The notes under the pieces are model-generated. The model did not search any database. It worked only from the letters and a program-made list of their open reading frames with translations, and had not been told where the DNA came from. Shown one piece after another: positions 24,254-35,845 of a stretch of DNA of 64,000 nucleotides. Made by a program: the position numbers and the translations under genes. Origin of the DNA: Veleropilina oligotropha (taxonomy: Eukaryota); NCBI GenBank assembly GCA_048128005.1, contig JBEUKZ010000070.1, positions 310,001-374,000 of the forward strand, in the 5' to 3' direction. Every line of letters starts with the position of its first letter. Position 1 is the stretch's first letter.

Positions 24254-25528
24254 ATGGCTAAGAGCGCCTTTGCTTTTAATAGGAGTGCGGCCTATTCGAC
24301 CGGTGTGGTGTACCCAGCCCGGATAAAGGATGAGCAGCTTACAAAACCATGCGTCGTTGTCTCCTCGTCTGAATCTCCCCATCCTGCATTCGGGGCAGAC
24401 TACCCCGACGTCTTTCAAAAATACTGCCTCCCAAATGTCGCGAGTGATCGGCTAATACGGGATTGGCACAGCACGCCGATGAGGTTCTGGCAGAACCAGG
24501 TCAACTTCGCAGTGTGGTGTGCCACAACCGGTTCCGGGGTATCCGCAGAAGACCACTTGAATGCGACCGACCCCCTCTCCAGAGCCGTATTCACCTTCCA
24601 CGTCTACTATCAGGTCAGAAGGGTACTGACCGAAATTCAGGCGCCGCTGCCACAAGACAGGACGTGGGATGCATTCGACACCCCGTATGACCGAAGGGCA
24701 TATGAAAAGATCTGCAGTGAATTCGGAGTGTCACCACATACCGACTGGCGTGTCAAGGGTCCCAACGGCGGACTAGGCACCGCTTACAGCTACTGGACGA
24801 ACAACGGCTACCACCCCATCGGACGTGAGTATGATCCAGGCCGAATGTCCTTCACCAAAGGTACGACCAACACGAATCTGCACGTGGACTACATCGCGCA
24901 AGCGCCTGCGCTTTCAAACAGCTGGGCTTCGTTTATTCTGGACAAGTCGGCGGGATTCACGAGGGCCGGCGTGGAGAGGCTCAATGACTCCATCAGGACC
25001 TACGTCTGGGCGATTCTTGGAGCGCAGGCTCAAACGCGTGCAGGCATTCTGGGTAGTGGGACGGCATTTGACGCACAGAAACAGTACCTGGCGAACGTGG
25101 AAGATGCAATCTCGTCTCCAGTTGATCTGCCATCAGCCATCAAACGGTACCAAGAGGTGCTCCAGTATGCGAGGTCCAAAGTGGACTTCGTCTTCGGACA
25201 TGGCCTGTACATGGCGCCAAGTAACATGCTTCTACGGATCGGGCAGGTGGCTGGTTATAACAACGAGATCGTCGTCGCCACGGAAAACCAGACACTCGGT
25301 CTTAATACTATGGTCAACGTGGCCAGTGTGCCGCTCAACGCCACTGGGGGTACTGGAGAAACAGGATTGGTCATCCCACAAGACGCAGTCTTACGCGCAG
25401 ATGCTCCGAAGCATCCAAACGATGAGCCGGCAGCTGTTCCAGCCGGGGTTGCCTCACATGACGAGGAGAAAACCGCACTCATTGTGGGCGGCATTGTCGT
25501 TGGCCTAGCATTCATTTGGCTTACGTAA
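24254..25528 (+). CDS. Viral conserved hypothetical protein with C-terminal TM anchor
   Basis: ~424 aa, intact in both elements, ends ALIVGGIVVGLAFIWLT. Confidence 0.85.
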   Translation: MAKSAFAFNRSAAYSTGVVYPARIKDEQLTKPCVVVSSSESPHPAFGADYPDVFQKYCLPNVASDRLIRDWHSTPMRFWQNQVNFAVWCATTGSGVSAEDHLNATDPLSRAVFTFHVYYQVRRVLTEIQAPLPQDRTWDAFDTPYDRRAYEKICSEFGVSPHTDWRVKGPNGGLGTAYSYWTNNGYHPIGREYDPGRMSFTKGTTNTNLHVDYIAQAPALSNSWASFILDKSAGFTRAGVERLNDSIRTYVWAILGAQAQTRAGILGSGTAFDAQKQYLANVEDAISSPVDLPSAIKRYQEVLQYARSKVDFVFGHGLYMAPSNMLLRIGQVAGYNNEIVVATENQTLGLNTMVNVASVPLNATGGTGETGLVIPQDAVLRADAPKHPNDEPAAVPAGVASHDEEKTALIVGGIVVGLAFIWLT

Positions 25529-26786
25529 TCCACTGTCTAGCGGCAATAAGAAGCAAGCCCCCCACAGATATAATCACAGCCCACAGGTTCTCGGCCAGCC
25601 ACGACGCTGTCTTGCCGACCAGGATGATTAGCCAGGAGACCAGGCTTCCAAGTATTCCTGGGAGTGCGGCTGTGGCCTTCCCTGCTAGTTTGCCCAGAAT
25701 CCGACCCAGGTTCTGCAGCTGCTTTTTGACCCACTCCTTGACCCCCCCTGACCACTGGGAGGTGGTGGTGTTGGTGCGATGCTCGGCGCTCCGCCTGTCA
25801 GGGCTAGTACCAAAGTCGAGATAGCCAACCCAATAGCGGTCAGTATAGTCACAATCGTAACCCCCTGCTCGCGAAATAGGGTCCGGATACGCTCGGCCAG
25901 CGTTGTATCTGAGTGGAGAATCCGATTTAGCATCTCTCGGATCCGGCTGATTTGAGAGCGAAGGGCCTCCCGGCTGGACCCGGCTGCCTCTAGGCGAGCT
26001 GCTCTCTCGTCATGTAAATTGCGCAGACGTTCCGCAATCCGTCGACGGACGAACTCATCCACACCGCCCTCTTCATCTGCCTGATCGAGCTTCCTCTTCT
26101 CCAGCTCTATGTGTTCGTCCAGCGCCGTTAGTTTGGCCAGGTTGTTAGTGAGCTCGCCTCGAATGGTCTGCATCGCCTTGTCCAGCCCACGAAGCTCACG
26201 AAGATTGAATGGAGGGGGGTCCCCCTCCATAGAGTTCAAGAGCTCTTCAACCTCAGCATCTGTGAACGTCGTCTCCATTGTGTGGATTGCTACTGATGCC
26301 TCAGTAGCTGTCTGCCCCAAGTCCCGCAGTTCCACGTTGTCTACGTTGGCCGCCGCACCGCTCAACTCGTTGTTGGCTGTCTGCAGAGCTGCAACGGCTT
26401 TTGAGGGCAGCTTTTGTCCCCCCCCGCTTCCAGTGTACGAAGCCCAACCCATCTCTGATGGCACTACCCCCCTTACGCTGGCCAGCTATGGTTGCCAAAG
26501 CCTTGGGTTTACCGGTGCTAGAATTGATGAGATCGATGTGGGGCCAGGCTTTCATCTGCAGTCGCCCGTCCACGTAAACGAACCTGGAGTAATCACGCCC
26601 CGCGGCGGGGGTTTGCCCCTCCTTGGACAGGGCGTTGTAGTAGTCATCAACCGCTGTTTGAACAAGCTCTTGCCGCAGACCGCTGGTTCCTTCCTGTGGC
26701 GCCGCCACAATCCAGTCCGTGGATCCAACCTCACCATCATCGTCGATGATGTCGGGCTCGAATGTGGGGTTCTCAAATTCTGCCAT
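25521..26786 (-). pseudogene. Viral coiled-coil protein with hydrophobic/amphipathic C-terminal helices (two homopolymer frameshifts)
   Basis: MAEFENPTFEP..., LRELRGLDKAMQTIRGEL, TLAERIRTLFREQGVT + TM; frameshifts at ~26420 and ~25745. Confidence 0.8.
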
Positions 26787-26829
26787 TTGAATACAACCAC
26801 CGGGGTACGCATCTAATTCAGACAACAAC

Positions 26830-28134
26830 ATGGCCAGCCCGTACGGACGCACGCTTGATCCATACCGCAGACTGCGACAGCCTCTTGGGGTGAAAGGGGT
26901 CCGCCAGTCGGTCACCATAACGAACAACCCCTCCACGATCGCCGCCAACCAGCAGCTGTTGGTTCGGTTCCCGAATCTCGGGACTCACGACGTTATCGTG
27001 CCAGGGACTGCCCACCTCGCATTCACCATTTCTCTGACCTCGGCTAACCCGAACAGAACTGTAGTTCAGAATATCGGACGCGCCGTGGTCAAGAAGACCA
27101 CGATAAAGATCAGTGGGAACGAAGTCACGTCTATAGATGACTCCGACGTGTACCACTGCTACTGAGATCTCTGGAAGACCGCAGGGGAGCGCAAGAATGC
27201 CCAATATCAGGGTATTGATACCAGCGACAGCCACAACACTACGAAGAGTCGTGTCGGCGCTGAGGGCGCGTTCAGACGTTCTGAGGACACGGCCATCTCG
27301 GACGCTTACGGTCCGAGGTTCCGCATCCCGCTGGACTTCGAGTTGCTGGAGAGCCACATGCCGTTCTACCAAAGTGCGTTGGGGGACCGTCTGGAATATG
27401 AGCTCACCTTCAACGACCACTCAAGGACGATCAGGGACACCGATGACCCCAGCTCCAGCTACGTCATCGACAATATCAGCCTGGAATACGACATGGTCAC
27501 TAATCTTGAGATTGCCAGGCTGATACAAAACCAGTACTCGGGCCGCCTCACAATCCTGTACGATCGTGTCCTGCGGCATCGTAAGATCACCAGAGACAAG
27601 AGTGACACTTTGTGGAATTTAAATTTGAATATACCGGCGAAATCCATGAAGGGAATCCTACTTCTGTTCGAGGATCCCGCGAGAGACGCCGCACCATTCG
27701 CGAGGGACACCGAGGCCTTCTACAATCCGAAGATCACGAAGGTCGAGGTCACTATTGAGGGCGTGCCGAACCAAATATACAGCCAGGGCATGCGTTCCTA
27801 CCAGATGTGGGATGAAGCCAGGAGATTCTTCGCCTCCTCCCCGATCAGCAAGCGCCATCCTGAGGTGGCGTTGGTTGCCAAGGATTTGGAATTGGCGGAC
27901 GTCACCCTGGGCCAGTTCTTGACGAATAAATTTGCTCTAGTTCTAGACGTGAGGGTCACCGACGACGACGCGCTGCATGGGTCAGGCCGGAAAGTAGATA
28001 ACGCCAGCGAGGGCATCACGATTCAGATCACGAAGACAGGCGAAGCCGCCGGCCCGTTGAACGTCTACGTGTTCGTGATAATGGACGCGCAACTGCATAT
28101 TCAGGATGGACGCTTTGTCACCACGCTATACTAA
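26830..28134 (+). pseudogene. Putative major capsid protein (double jelly-roll), one in-frame TGA
   Basis: 435 codons in a single frame with TGA at 27163-27165 (TGC in element 2); size, beta-rich pattern and position next to the packaging ATPase; fold is inferred. Confidence 0.75.
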
Positions 28135-28729
28135 AAGACAGTTCCCGCACCCCAAGGATCCCCACTCCGCGATCATCTGCGGCCAGACGGGCTGTGGGAA
28201 GACGGTTTTCATGCTTGAACTTCTGGAGGGGGAGTACCGGCATATTGTGATCCTCTGCCCCACGATCAAGTACAACAAAGCATACCAGTCCTGTCCATGG
28301 ATCTGGACTGACCCTGAGGTGTACTTGATCCCCCCCGGTGAGCGACTCCATGACTGGTTGCGGGGGTTCTACCAGCTGTTTCAGGGGGAGTCGACTCTGT
28401 ACATCATCGACGACTGCGCCGCCAGCAAAGCCCTCACAAAGAGAAGGGATATGCTGACTTTGTTGGCCTTCAGCGGAAGACACGCCAAACAGAGCGTATG
28501 GGTAGTGACGCAGAAATACAACGCAGTCTTGAAGGAGCTCAGAGAGCAGACCCGCTGGGTCGCGCTGTTCCATTGCAAGGACCGCGACAGTTTCGAGGAC
28601 TGTCTGCGCGAGAACGATGTTATCTCATCCTGCGACGAGAGAACCGCAGTGCGCCGGCTTTTGGCCGAGACCCGACACAAAAAGCTTCTGTTGAAAACTG
28701 ATCAGCCTGTTGCTTATAGTGTGTTGTAG
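28106..28729 (+). CDS. A32/FtsK-HerA-like DNA packaging ATPase
   Basis: Walker A GQTGCGKT, Walker B YIIDD, SGRH, VVTQ; lacks 4 aa present in element 2. Confidence 0.92.
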   Translation: MDALSPRYTKRQFPHPKDPHSAIICGQTGCGKTVFMLELLEGEYRHIVILCPTIKYNKAYQSCPWIWTDPEVYLIPPGERLHDWLRGFYQLFQGESTLYIIDDCAASKALTKRRDMLTLLAFSGRHAKQSVWVVTQKYNAVLKELREQTRWVALFHCKDRDSFEDCLRENDVISSCDERTAVRRLLAETRHKKLLLKTDQPVAYSVL

Positions 28730-28782
28730 CAGCTACTTGGCTAGCCCTAGCATCTACTTAGCAGCTACTTAGCTAGCTAGGC

Positions 28783-29439
28783 ATGTCGGACGCTGTATAC
28801 ATAGCTTTTGCTTGCAGCCAGAGCCTTCTGTTGCTGCTACTCGCTACATTGTGGTACTGGCATTATCGCTATATTAGACTGCTCCGAAGATGTTGGCAAC
28901 GCTTAAGGATGGACAGTCTTATCGACCAACTCATGGATGACGAGGAAGAAATGACCGTGGGCGGCCATGGCTCGACGACCAAATGCTGCTCGCAGCACGA
29001 CAAACCTGTCAGTGGCTCCATAGGGATGGCAAAGAAACGGGAGAGGCTTGCCGCACTAGCCATCGGAGGGGATGCCAGCAAATACTTGGGGAGAAACCTC
29101 ACGGTTGACCGAATCGACGATATGACTGACGACGAGGTTGAGAAACACCATGCACGGTATGAAGCGAAGCTAGGTGCTGACATGACGAAGACCCTCTGGA
29201 CTGCTGCTATACAGCTGTATGCGGGTGCAGCTGGGATGTTCTTGCCCATTCCGCCGGAGAACCAACCACGTCTGGTCGCTGACCTCGAGGCCGATCCTTT
29301 CATCGCCCATGCTCTCCGTGGTGCAAGCTGTGAGCTGTATTATAAGTATGGCATGTGGCTAGCGCCGCTGACCGCCGTGTTGACCACTGCGAAGCACTGC
29401 CAATTTGGACATGTTTGCCCGCCTAAGATACCAGAGTGA
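28783..29439 (+). CDS. Viral hypothetical protein, N-terminal TM followed by a basic patch
   Basis: LLLLLLATLWYWHYRYIRLLRR; homolog at 57553-58294. Confidence 0.75.
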   Translation: MSDAVYIAFACSQSLLLLLLATLWYWHYRYIRLLRRCWQRLRMDSLIDQLMDDEEEMTVGGHGSTTKCCSQHDKPVSGSIGMAKKRERLAALAIGGDASKYLGRNLTVDRIDDMTDDEVEKHHARYEAKLGADMTKTLWTAAIQLYAGAAGMFLPIPPENQPRLVADLEADPFIAHALRGASCELYYKYGMWLAPLTAVLTTAKHCQFGHVCPPKIPE

Positions 29440-29452
29440 GGGCGAGATCAAG

Positions 29453-29962
29453 ATGACAACGCCGGAAGTGGACCAAATTTCGGCACCGAGCCCGCCGATA
29501 GAGAGGGTGACTTCTTCGACAGACTCATCAGTGAGTAAAAAGGACCCTAAGAAGGTGGCTGCGGGTCGGGCCGGAGCTGCTGCTCGGAAAGCCAAGCAGG
29601 AGAGGCTCCTTGCTGACGTTAGAAGACTCAAAGAAGACGCTCGACAAGTATCCGTCAGCGAAGTTCCTTCAGACCTACCGGAGGCACAGCCCAACCAAAA
29701 ACACAGTGGTGCCCCGGCCGAGGTGACCGCGGTCGAAAAGGACGTTCGCGCCGTACAGTCAGCTACACGGAAATCGGACCCATTTAATGGGACCCAGGTA
29801 GCCGTTGCTGCCGGTACGGTTGCGTTGCTATTTGTTGTCTGGAAACGTAGCAGTGGTCCATCCACACCACATCAACAGCCACTAGCACAGGCGAGGCAGC
29901 CTACCACCCCAAGGGCCACCACCGAATTGAAGAATGAGCACAACCCGTTCCATATGCGATAG
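29453..29962 (+). CDS. Viral hypothetical protein, basic motif and C-proximal TM
   Basis: KKDPKKVAAGRAGAAARKAKQE conserved with 58197-58688. Confidence 0.75.
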   Translation: MTTPEVDQISAPSPPIERVTSSTDSSVSKKDPKKVAAGRAGAAARKAKQERLLADVRRLKEDARQVSVSEVPSDLPEAQPNQKHSGAPAEVTAVEKDVRAVQSATRKSDPFNGTQVAVAAGTVALLFVVWKRSSGPSTPHQQPLAQARQPTTPRATTELKNEHNPFHMR

Positions 29963-29974
29963 TAGCAGTACAAC

Positions 29975-30214
29975 ATGACTACCCAGATTACTGACGGAAA
30001 GATGCTCGGCAACGCCGTCTATCACTCGGCGATCGTATCAGGCCTTGCCATCGGCTACGCACGGCTGGGAAAAATGGTATTCAAGGGACCAAGCCCCAAA
30101 CTGGACTTCACGGGTTACGATGTCGGGATGGTCGTCCTCGACGTAGCCCTCGCCATGGCGACGAAAGATATGCTGATCAAGCAAGGCATCATTCCGGCCG
30201 ACGTTTTGAAGTAG
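29975..30214 (+). CDS. Small hydrophobic viral protein (79 aa)
   Basis: Nearly identical to 58714-58953. Confidence 0.85.
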   Translation: MTTQITDGKMLGNAVYHSAIVSGLAIGYARLGKMVFKGPSPKLDFTGYDVGMVVLDVALAMATKDMLIKQGIIPADVLK

Positions 30215-30244
30215 TGGGACCTGCTAGATAATCGCAGCACTTCA

Positions 30245-30676
30245 ATGGCTTCCATTGCGATGCTGGTTGGGGGCGCTCTCGTCAACGCCCTCGCCTTCAG
30301 CGGGTCCAACTTCCTGTTCTCGAAGCTTCGCAGCTCCGGTGTCGACGAGGAGCGTAAACGACACGACAAAGCCGTAGAGCAGCTCCCAGCCGTTCAGACT
30401 ACATGGTCCCAAAAGAGGGCAGAGCGTCTCGATTGGCTTAACGTTGAACTTCGCCGCCAGGGTCACGCTGTTGGCACATTCCGGGATGTTGACGCCGCGA
30501 TCCGTGAGTATGCCTTGATCACCGGCAAGAACCTTGACCCCGGCCTGGGGGGTGGCCCTGAGCCCACCCTGTCTGACTACTACACGCCTAGTGATGACCA
30601 GAAGGGACGTGAGATCACCTTCGTCATTCTTGGGATGGCGGCGACTGGGTTGGTCGCCTACAAGCTCCTACCCTAA
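30245..30676 (+). CDS. Viral protein with hydrophobic N- and C-termini
   Basis: MASIAMLVGGALVNALAF...FVILGMAATGLVAYKL; homolog at 58985-59416. Confidence 0.85.
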   Translation: MASIAMLVGGALVNALAFSGSNFLFSKLRSSGVDEERKRHDKAVEQLPAVQTTWSQKRAERLDWLNVELRRQGHAVGTFRDVDAAIREYALITGKNLDPGLGGGPEPTLSDYYTPSDDQKGREITFVILGMAATGLVAYKLLP

Positions 30677-30685
30677 TTATTTCCA

Positions 30686-30970
30686 GTGGACATTTTTTTC
30701 GTGGACATGTATAGGATGGGGCTCCCAGAAGAGCTGTACTTTGCCTTGCTAGAGGTGGGCCTTGGTACTACGTCACTCGACGGTTGGCGGCGCAACGAAA
30801 AGACTATGGTGCGGTTCGCGGTCCTGGTGCGCTCGGGCCCGACCAACCTATGGGGGACGACTGGGCAGCAACCGGCTCCGGAAGCTGAAGCCTGTTGGAG
30901 ACTGATCAGTTTACTGGAATACATTGCTGGTCTCGATGTCAGCGAAGAGACAGAAGCCCCTGACGGATAA
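30686..30970 (+). CDS. Small viral hypothetical protein
   Basis: MGLPEELY...EAEACWRLISLLEYIA shared with 59459-59680; start uncertain. Confidence 0.55.
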   Translation: MDIFFVDMYRMGLPEELYFALLEVGLGTTSLDGWRRNEKTMVRFAVLVRSGPTNLWGTTGQQPAPEAEACWRLISLLEYIAGLDVSEETEAPDG

Positions 30971-31915
30971 AGAACTCGACTAAACCCTCCGCAAGTACTA
31001 CTACGCAGATGGGGGGTTTCAGGGCGTCTCAGCTCTGCACTCAAGGCTTCCAAAAGGCGCAGCCTCAATAAAAAGAATCCGGGCGTGGCTCTCGACACAG
31101 GAGGTTGGTCGGTACATGCAGACGAAACCCCCTAGAGAGGTATTTGCCCGTTTCACAGAGGACAGGCCCGGTGTGATCCACCAGGCCGATCTTCTCTACC
31201 TCCCACATGACAAGGTCGGCCGTAAAACATACAAGTATGCGTTGACCTTGGTCGACGTGGCCTCTCGCTACAAGGCGGCCAGACCACTAACATCGAAATC
31301 AGCCAGCGAGGTAGCTAAGGCGTTTGCTGACATCTACAAGACCAACCCGTCCCGCTTATCCTGGCCAAAACGCTAATGGTGGATGACGGGCACGAATTCA
31401 AGGGGGAAGTATCCACTCTTCTAGGGAAGCATGGAGTTGATATACGACGCGCAGAGCCAGGTCATCACCGATCGCAGGCCTTTGTTGAGTCATTCAACCG
31501 CCGGCTGGCTGAACAACTATTCAGGAAACAAGCACACGAAGAGCTGAACAGCGGCCGGGACAACCGCCAGTGGGTGTCCGTTCTTCAATCCGTAGTAGCA
31601 GATATGAATGCGACGCCGACACGACTGACTGGTCTTCCTCCAGCGAAGGCAGCCAACATGTCACAGGTTCCGCTAGTGGCGTCCAAACCACCCCCCACCA
31701 CACAGGAAACGCTGTTACCGATTGGCATGATGGTTTACCTCACCACAAACGAAGAAGACCCGAAAGATACCGGGCGCCGTCGTGCAACGGATCCATGGTG
31801 GACACATAAGCCCTACCCGATTCGCCGTCGCGTATCGGAACCCCACCAACCCGCGCTCTACTACATGCCATTCTCAAAGCATGGGTTCACACGGTCGCAG
31901 CTGAGACCTGCCTAA
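30936..31915 (+). pseudogene. Retroviral-like (rve, DDE) integrase, with nonsense codon and frameshift
   Basis: HQADLL, VDDGHEF, VESFNR; TAA at 30981; frameshift at ~31370. Confidence 0.92.
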
Positions 31916-34900
31916 TGCTTGTGTCGACGATTGCAGGACAGGCATGTCAACCGGACGTTCCATGTGTAATGACCCTGACTGTCATCCAGGCGGTCGATGC
32001 TGAACGTCTGCCCGTGGCATTTCGTGTAGCCCTGGAGAAGGAGAGTACGATGACAGACCACACACTTCTTTTCTGCGGTGTCGATCATGTCAATCACTGA
32101 TTGACGGTGAGCGTATGGTGTGCTCCCGTGTAGTGGGGCCGTTGCTTTTGGTGATCCTCAACCACATAACGCTTGAGCCTTGCGGCGATGAGCTCTCGCG
32201 AAGGTGTGGCGTTATCGGTGGGAGTTATATCACCCGGAGCGTCGTCAGGCGGCAGAACCCGTACAATCTGATCCATCAACCGGGCCCGGCTCACTGCGGT
32301 GTAGACGGCGTTGCTCACCCAACCACTCAGACCGTGGTCGACGATGTATGGGCGCCTGGGCGGTTGGATGGTCTTCCCTTGCACCCTATGCACCATCCCC
32401 CACCCCGCATATTTCCACTCAAGCGGTAGCCCTTTCTCGACTAGTCCAAGGGGGACTTTGATGATGGTCCCTCGATAGGCCAGCACGATTTCTCGACTAC
32501 CTGGTATCTGTATGGGCCGACCCTGCTTGCGGTACCGGTACGAGATGCTATCGTCTGGGTCGAATCGAATATTAGCAGGAAGCCGGGGGTGTATCCTTCT
32601 GTGCTGCCGGAGCAGTTGGGTCTGGACCTGCGCGCCTAGAGCGTTCGTGGAGCAGATCCAGATGTCATCAGGATTGGTGCGCTCTACAGCTTCTACGAAC
32701 GGCATTGCGGCCAACTTATCTCTGAAGACGTGGAGCTGTTGCTGGTCATTAGCGCACCACATCCGCGCCTTGACGTCGTGCAAAGCCGATGTTGGCCCAT
32801 GTTGACAACGACAGCAGGACCACGGCTCGCCACACGCCTCGCACAGGCACCTATAGTCAGTGTCAAACCACCGCAGGTTCTGGGACGAGGCCCAGTCTGC
32901 TAACATGTGGTGAGGGCCTTCTTTATCGCCCCACGGCGGGATCTGTCCCATATCCCCGGCGCAGATGATTTGACACGTCCGCCGGGCGAGATACTCAAGG
33001 ACGGTCATCAGGGTCTTCGTGGGGATCTTGCAACATTCGTCGATTACGATAACTTCGGCTAGGTTGTCGAGTCGGTGTCCCAGGGCAGCCGGGTCCCAAT
33101 CCTCGATCGGCTTGCCGACGGGTAGACATAGGTAGTGGTGGATCGTCTGAACCTGTGCATTCTCCAGACCAAGTCTCGGGTTGTTGCGGTGTTCTTGGGT
33201 GATGTCGTTCTCAGGAGTGAGCACGACCAGCTTCCGGCCACGAAACGTCTGAACGGCCCACTCGATTTTTCCACTGCCGCCTTGACCTGCGAGGTATAAC
33301 CATCGCGAGGTGGCCGCGCCGACATCGGAAGGGAACGGAGGGGCGGCATTCACCCCATGGGGCAAGTCGAGACGACCAACATGCTCTATCGTCCAAGCAG
33401 CAGCCTCTGGGCGCCACTCATAACCCGGGGATTTGTGTCGCCACTGCCCATACCTAGGCTGGTCTGGGACCAGCATATGTTCGACCGAATCGGGCAAGCT
33501 CTTGACGTATATGGCATCGGTGCAGACACGAACGACATCCTCTCGTGGGAATCTTCGTAGCATGTGGCGGAGGGCGATATTCGTGTATGCGAGTACGAAG
33601 GCTCGGATGTGGAACCACTGCGTCTGCCGTCTTCCGTCCTTGTGCTGAATGAGGTGGACATTTCCGGCCTTCTCGAAGTTCAGGAGACGGTCAGTGCCGC
33701 CGAGAACATTGGCCAAGTAGGCGGCCTCGTTTGGATCGCGGACTAGGATGCTCCACTCATCACCGTGGCGAGCACACTTGCCAACGAAGCGCACGGCCAG
33801 GTCTCGTAATGGGAATTTGATAGCGGCCTTCGTGCCGACGCTGTATACCACCTCGCGCGCTGTGACCTCCACCAGATCACCAGAGTCAATCAAGTCTGCA
33901 AGCTCGGGGGTAGTGATCCAGCCCTGCTTCTGGGGTGCGTCTCTGGGCTGAATTGCCACGCAGCGAGCTGCACCACTCCTGTCAGGGCGAGGACGTCGCT
34001 CATGGGCACACCCTCGACGTTCGCACGACGCATCATACTCGTCGGGAACCCATACTGGCGCACTAGATCTATGGATTCTCCGACCCCGCCACAGAGGGAG
34101 TCTTCGCAGCCAAGGTATGCTGCGCACATGTCGAGATGATAATGAACACTGGTGCCCGCGGCCTCGTCGTCAGAATTCCAGACCTTGGCCTCAACCTGAG
34201 CCGCTCTCCAGGTATCCAGGTGGCTTTCTGGCGTTGGCTTGATCTCCTCGCGGGCCAACCACTTCTGGAACCGGTAAGACGTGGCGCCACCCATGGAGTG
34301 GGAAGCTCGGTGGTATTCCTCTGCAAGCTTCTTAAGCTCTTCGGGGATCTCGGAAGGATGCCAGTGCATCTCGTCCTCGAAAGCGTGGTCAATAGCCATA
34401 CCCTCGGCTCGCGACCTCCACAGGGAACCATCGCTACCCACGAGAGCCTGTCCACATACCCAGACCCGGACCGTCGATGGGATGGCCCTGGTGGCAAATG
34501 CGATCAGAACCTCTCTGGTAATTTGGTCCATGGTCTTCTGGGCCGCAGTGGTCTTTGGGGCCGCAATGGTCTTCTGGGCCGCAGACGTGAGGGCCTGTTC
34601 TGCGATGTCGTCAAGACTGTACACCTGTACGATCTTGGGCAGATCGATCGGGATGCTTGCCCATGCGTGGTTGTTATGGCACGGTATCCGAATCTTGGGA
34701 TGGCTCTTGTGTTTGCCGCTATCCCATAAAGTGTGGCCTAAGGCGTCGATGGCAACAAGCTTGACTTTGAGAGCCGCTTCAAGGGAGAACATATCCTCGC
34801 GTGTGCAGCCCTGGTCTGCAAGCTTCCGGTCGAACAGCTCAAGAACCTGTCTGCGGCTCCGTGTTAACCCATCCCCGGCTTTCGTCATGTTGTTCTGGAA

Positions 34901-35725
34901 GTGGTCCACCACACAGCGAATGAAGCAGTTTACAAACTCTCCGTCTTCTTGAGGGGCTAGCATTGGCCCCGGTTCTCCTTTTTGCTCCGGAAGCGGACGC
35001 AGCTCGTACCGAACGTAGACGAGATACTCTCGCCCCTTTTCCCACGCCGCCTGGTCGATGCCGTGAAGAGCCCCGGCGCTGACCTGGTCTCCGCGAACCA
35101 CTCCCTGCCCCTTAATGTGATGCTCAGAGACACCCACTTCCTCTGTCACTTGGGCAAGAGCCTCCTTGGCCGATTTCCCCACCACCATGAACAGCTTGTA
35201 CTGTGTGTCGGGGTCTAGAAGTTCCAACACCTCCGAGGCCATGCCCAGCGTCACCCGAAGATCCCTCTTTTCGCACGATACCCAATATACCGTGCCTTCA
35301 TCTGTGATGTCAGGCCCCCGTACAACAGCCTGGAAGTCGAATCTACGACCATCAACAGCCTCGGTAATCTCTTTACGGACGACGTCGGCGCCCGTCTTAA
35401 TATAAGCCCCATGGGGGAACAGGACTGCGACACCGTCAACGAGAAGGGAATAATACTCATCCGAGGCCTTGAGGGCCGCACCGACCTCGTCCTTAAGCTG
35501 TTTTAATTCGCGAGCACGGCGGCCTCGTTTGTGGGGGTTCTCCACATCTCCACGGATGGAGGGGAATCTTCCCGTCTTCATCGCCCGCTCGAGTCTCCTC
35601 CGAAACTCGGCAGCACGGACCCCGGCGATTGCCCTGATGAGGTCGCGTTTCTTGAGCTTCGACCGATCGGGAAGCCCATAATCTTTCGCTAGATTGCGTA
35701 GTTCTGCGAGGGAGACACGTTCCAT
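31912..35725 (-). pseudogene. Replicase fusion: Rho-N/HEH-like N-terminus, PolB-like palm, SF1 helicase, HNH-like C-terminus (two frameshifts)
   Basis: SLAELRNLAKDYGL..SKLKKRDLI; LDMCAAY, FVGK, VCTDAIY; GQGGSGK, VIDE, GDMGQIPP, VHRVQGKT, YTAVSRAR; CVVC...IDRLDDSQGH...NV..TCLSCN. Confidence 0.8.
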
Positions 35726-35845
35726 CTCGACATGACACTACGACACCAGTCTCTAATTGGAAATTTTCTAAGTCGCGCGCGACCGCAACTCACACAATAC
35801 TTTGCCGTAGAGACGACGAGCTCGGTTTTTAGTATTTATGAGAGC

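Noticed and set aside
27163..27165. Selenocysteine recoding: in-frame TGA aligned to Cys in the MCP
   Set aside because: One substitution from TGC explains it, element 1 has many other disabling lesions, and I see no SECIS evidence.
22600..35500. Many long antisense or alternate-frame ORFs in the viral regions
   Set aside because: Expected shadows of GC-rich coding DNA; no motifs of their own.
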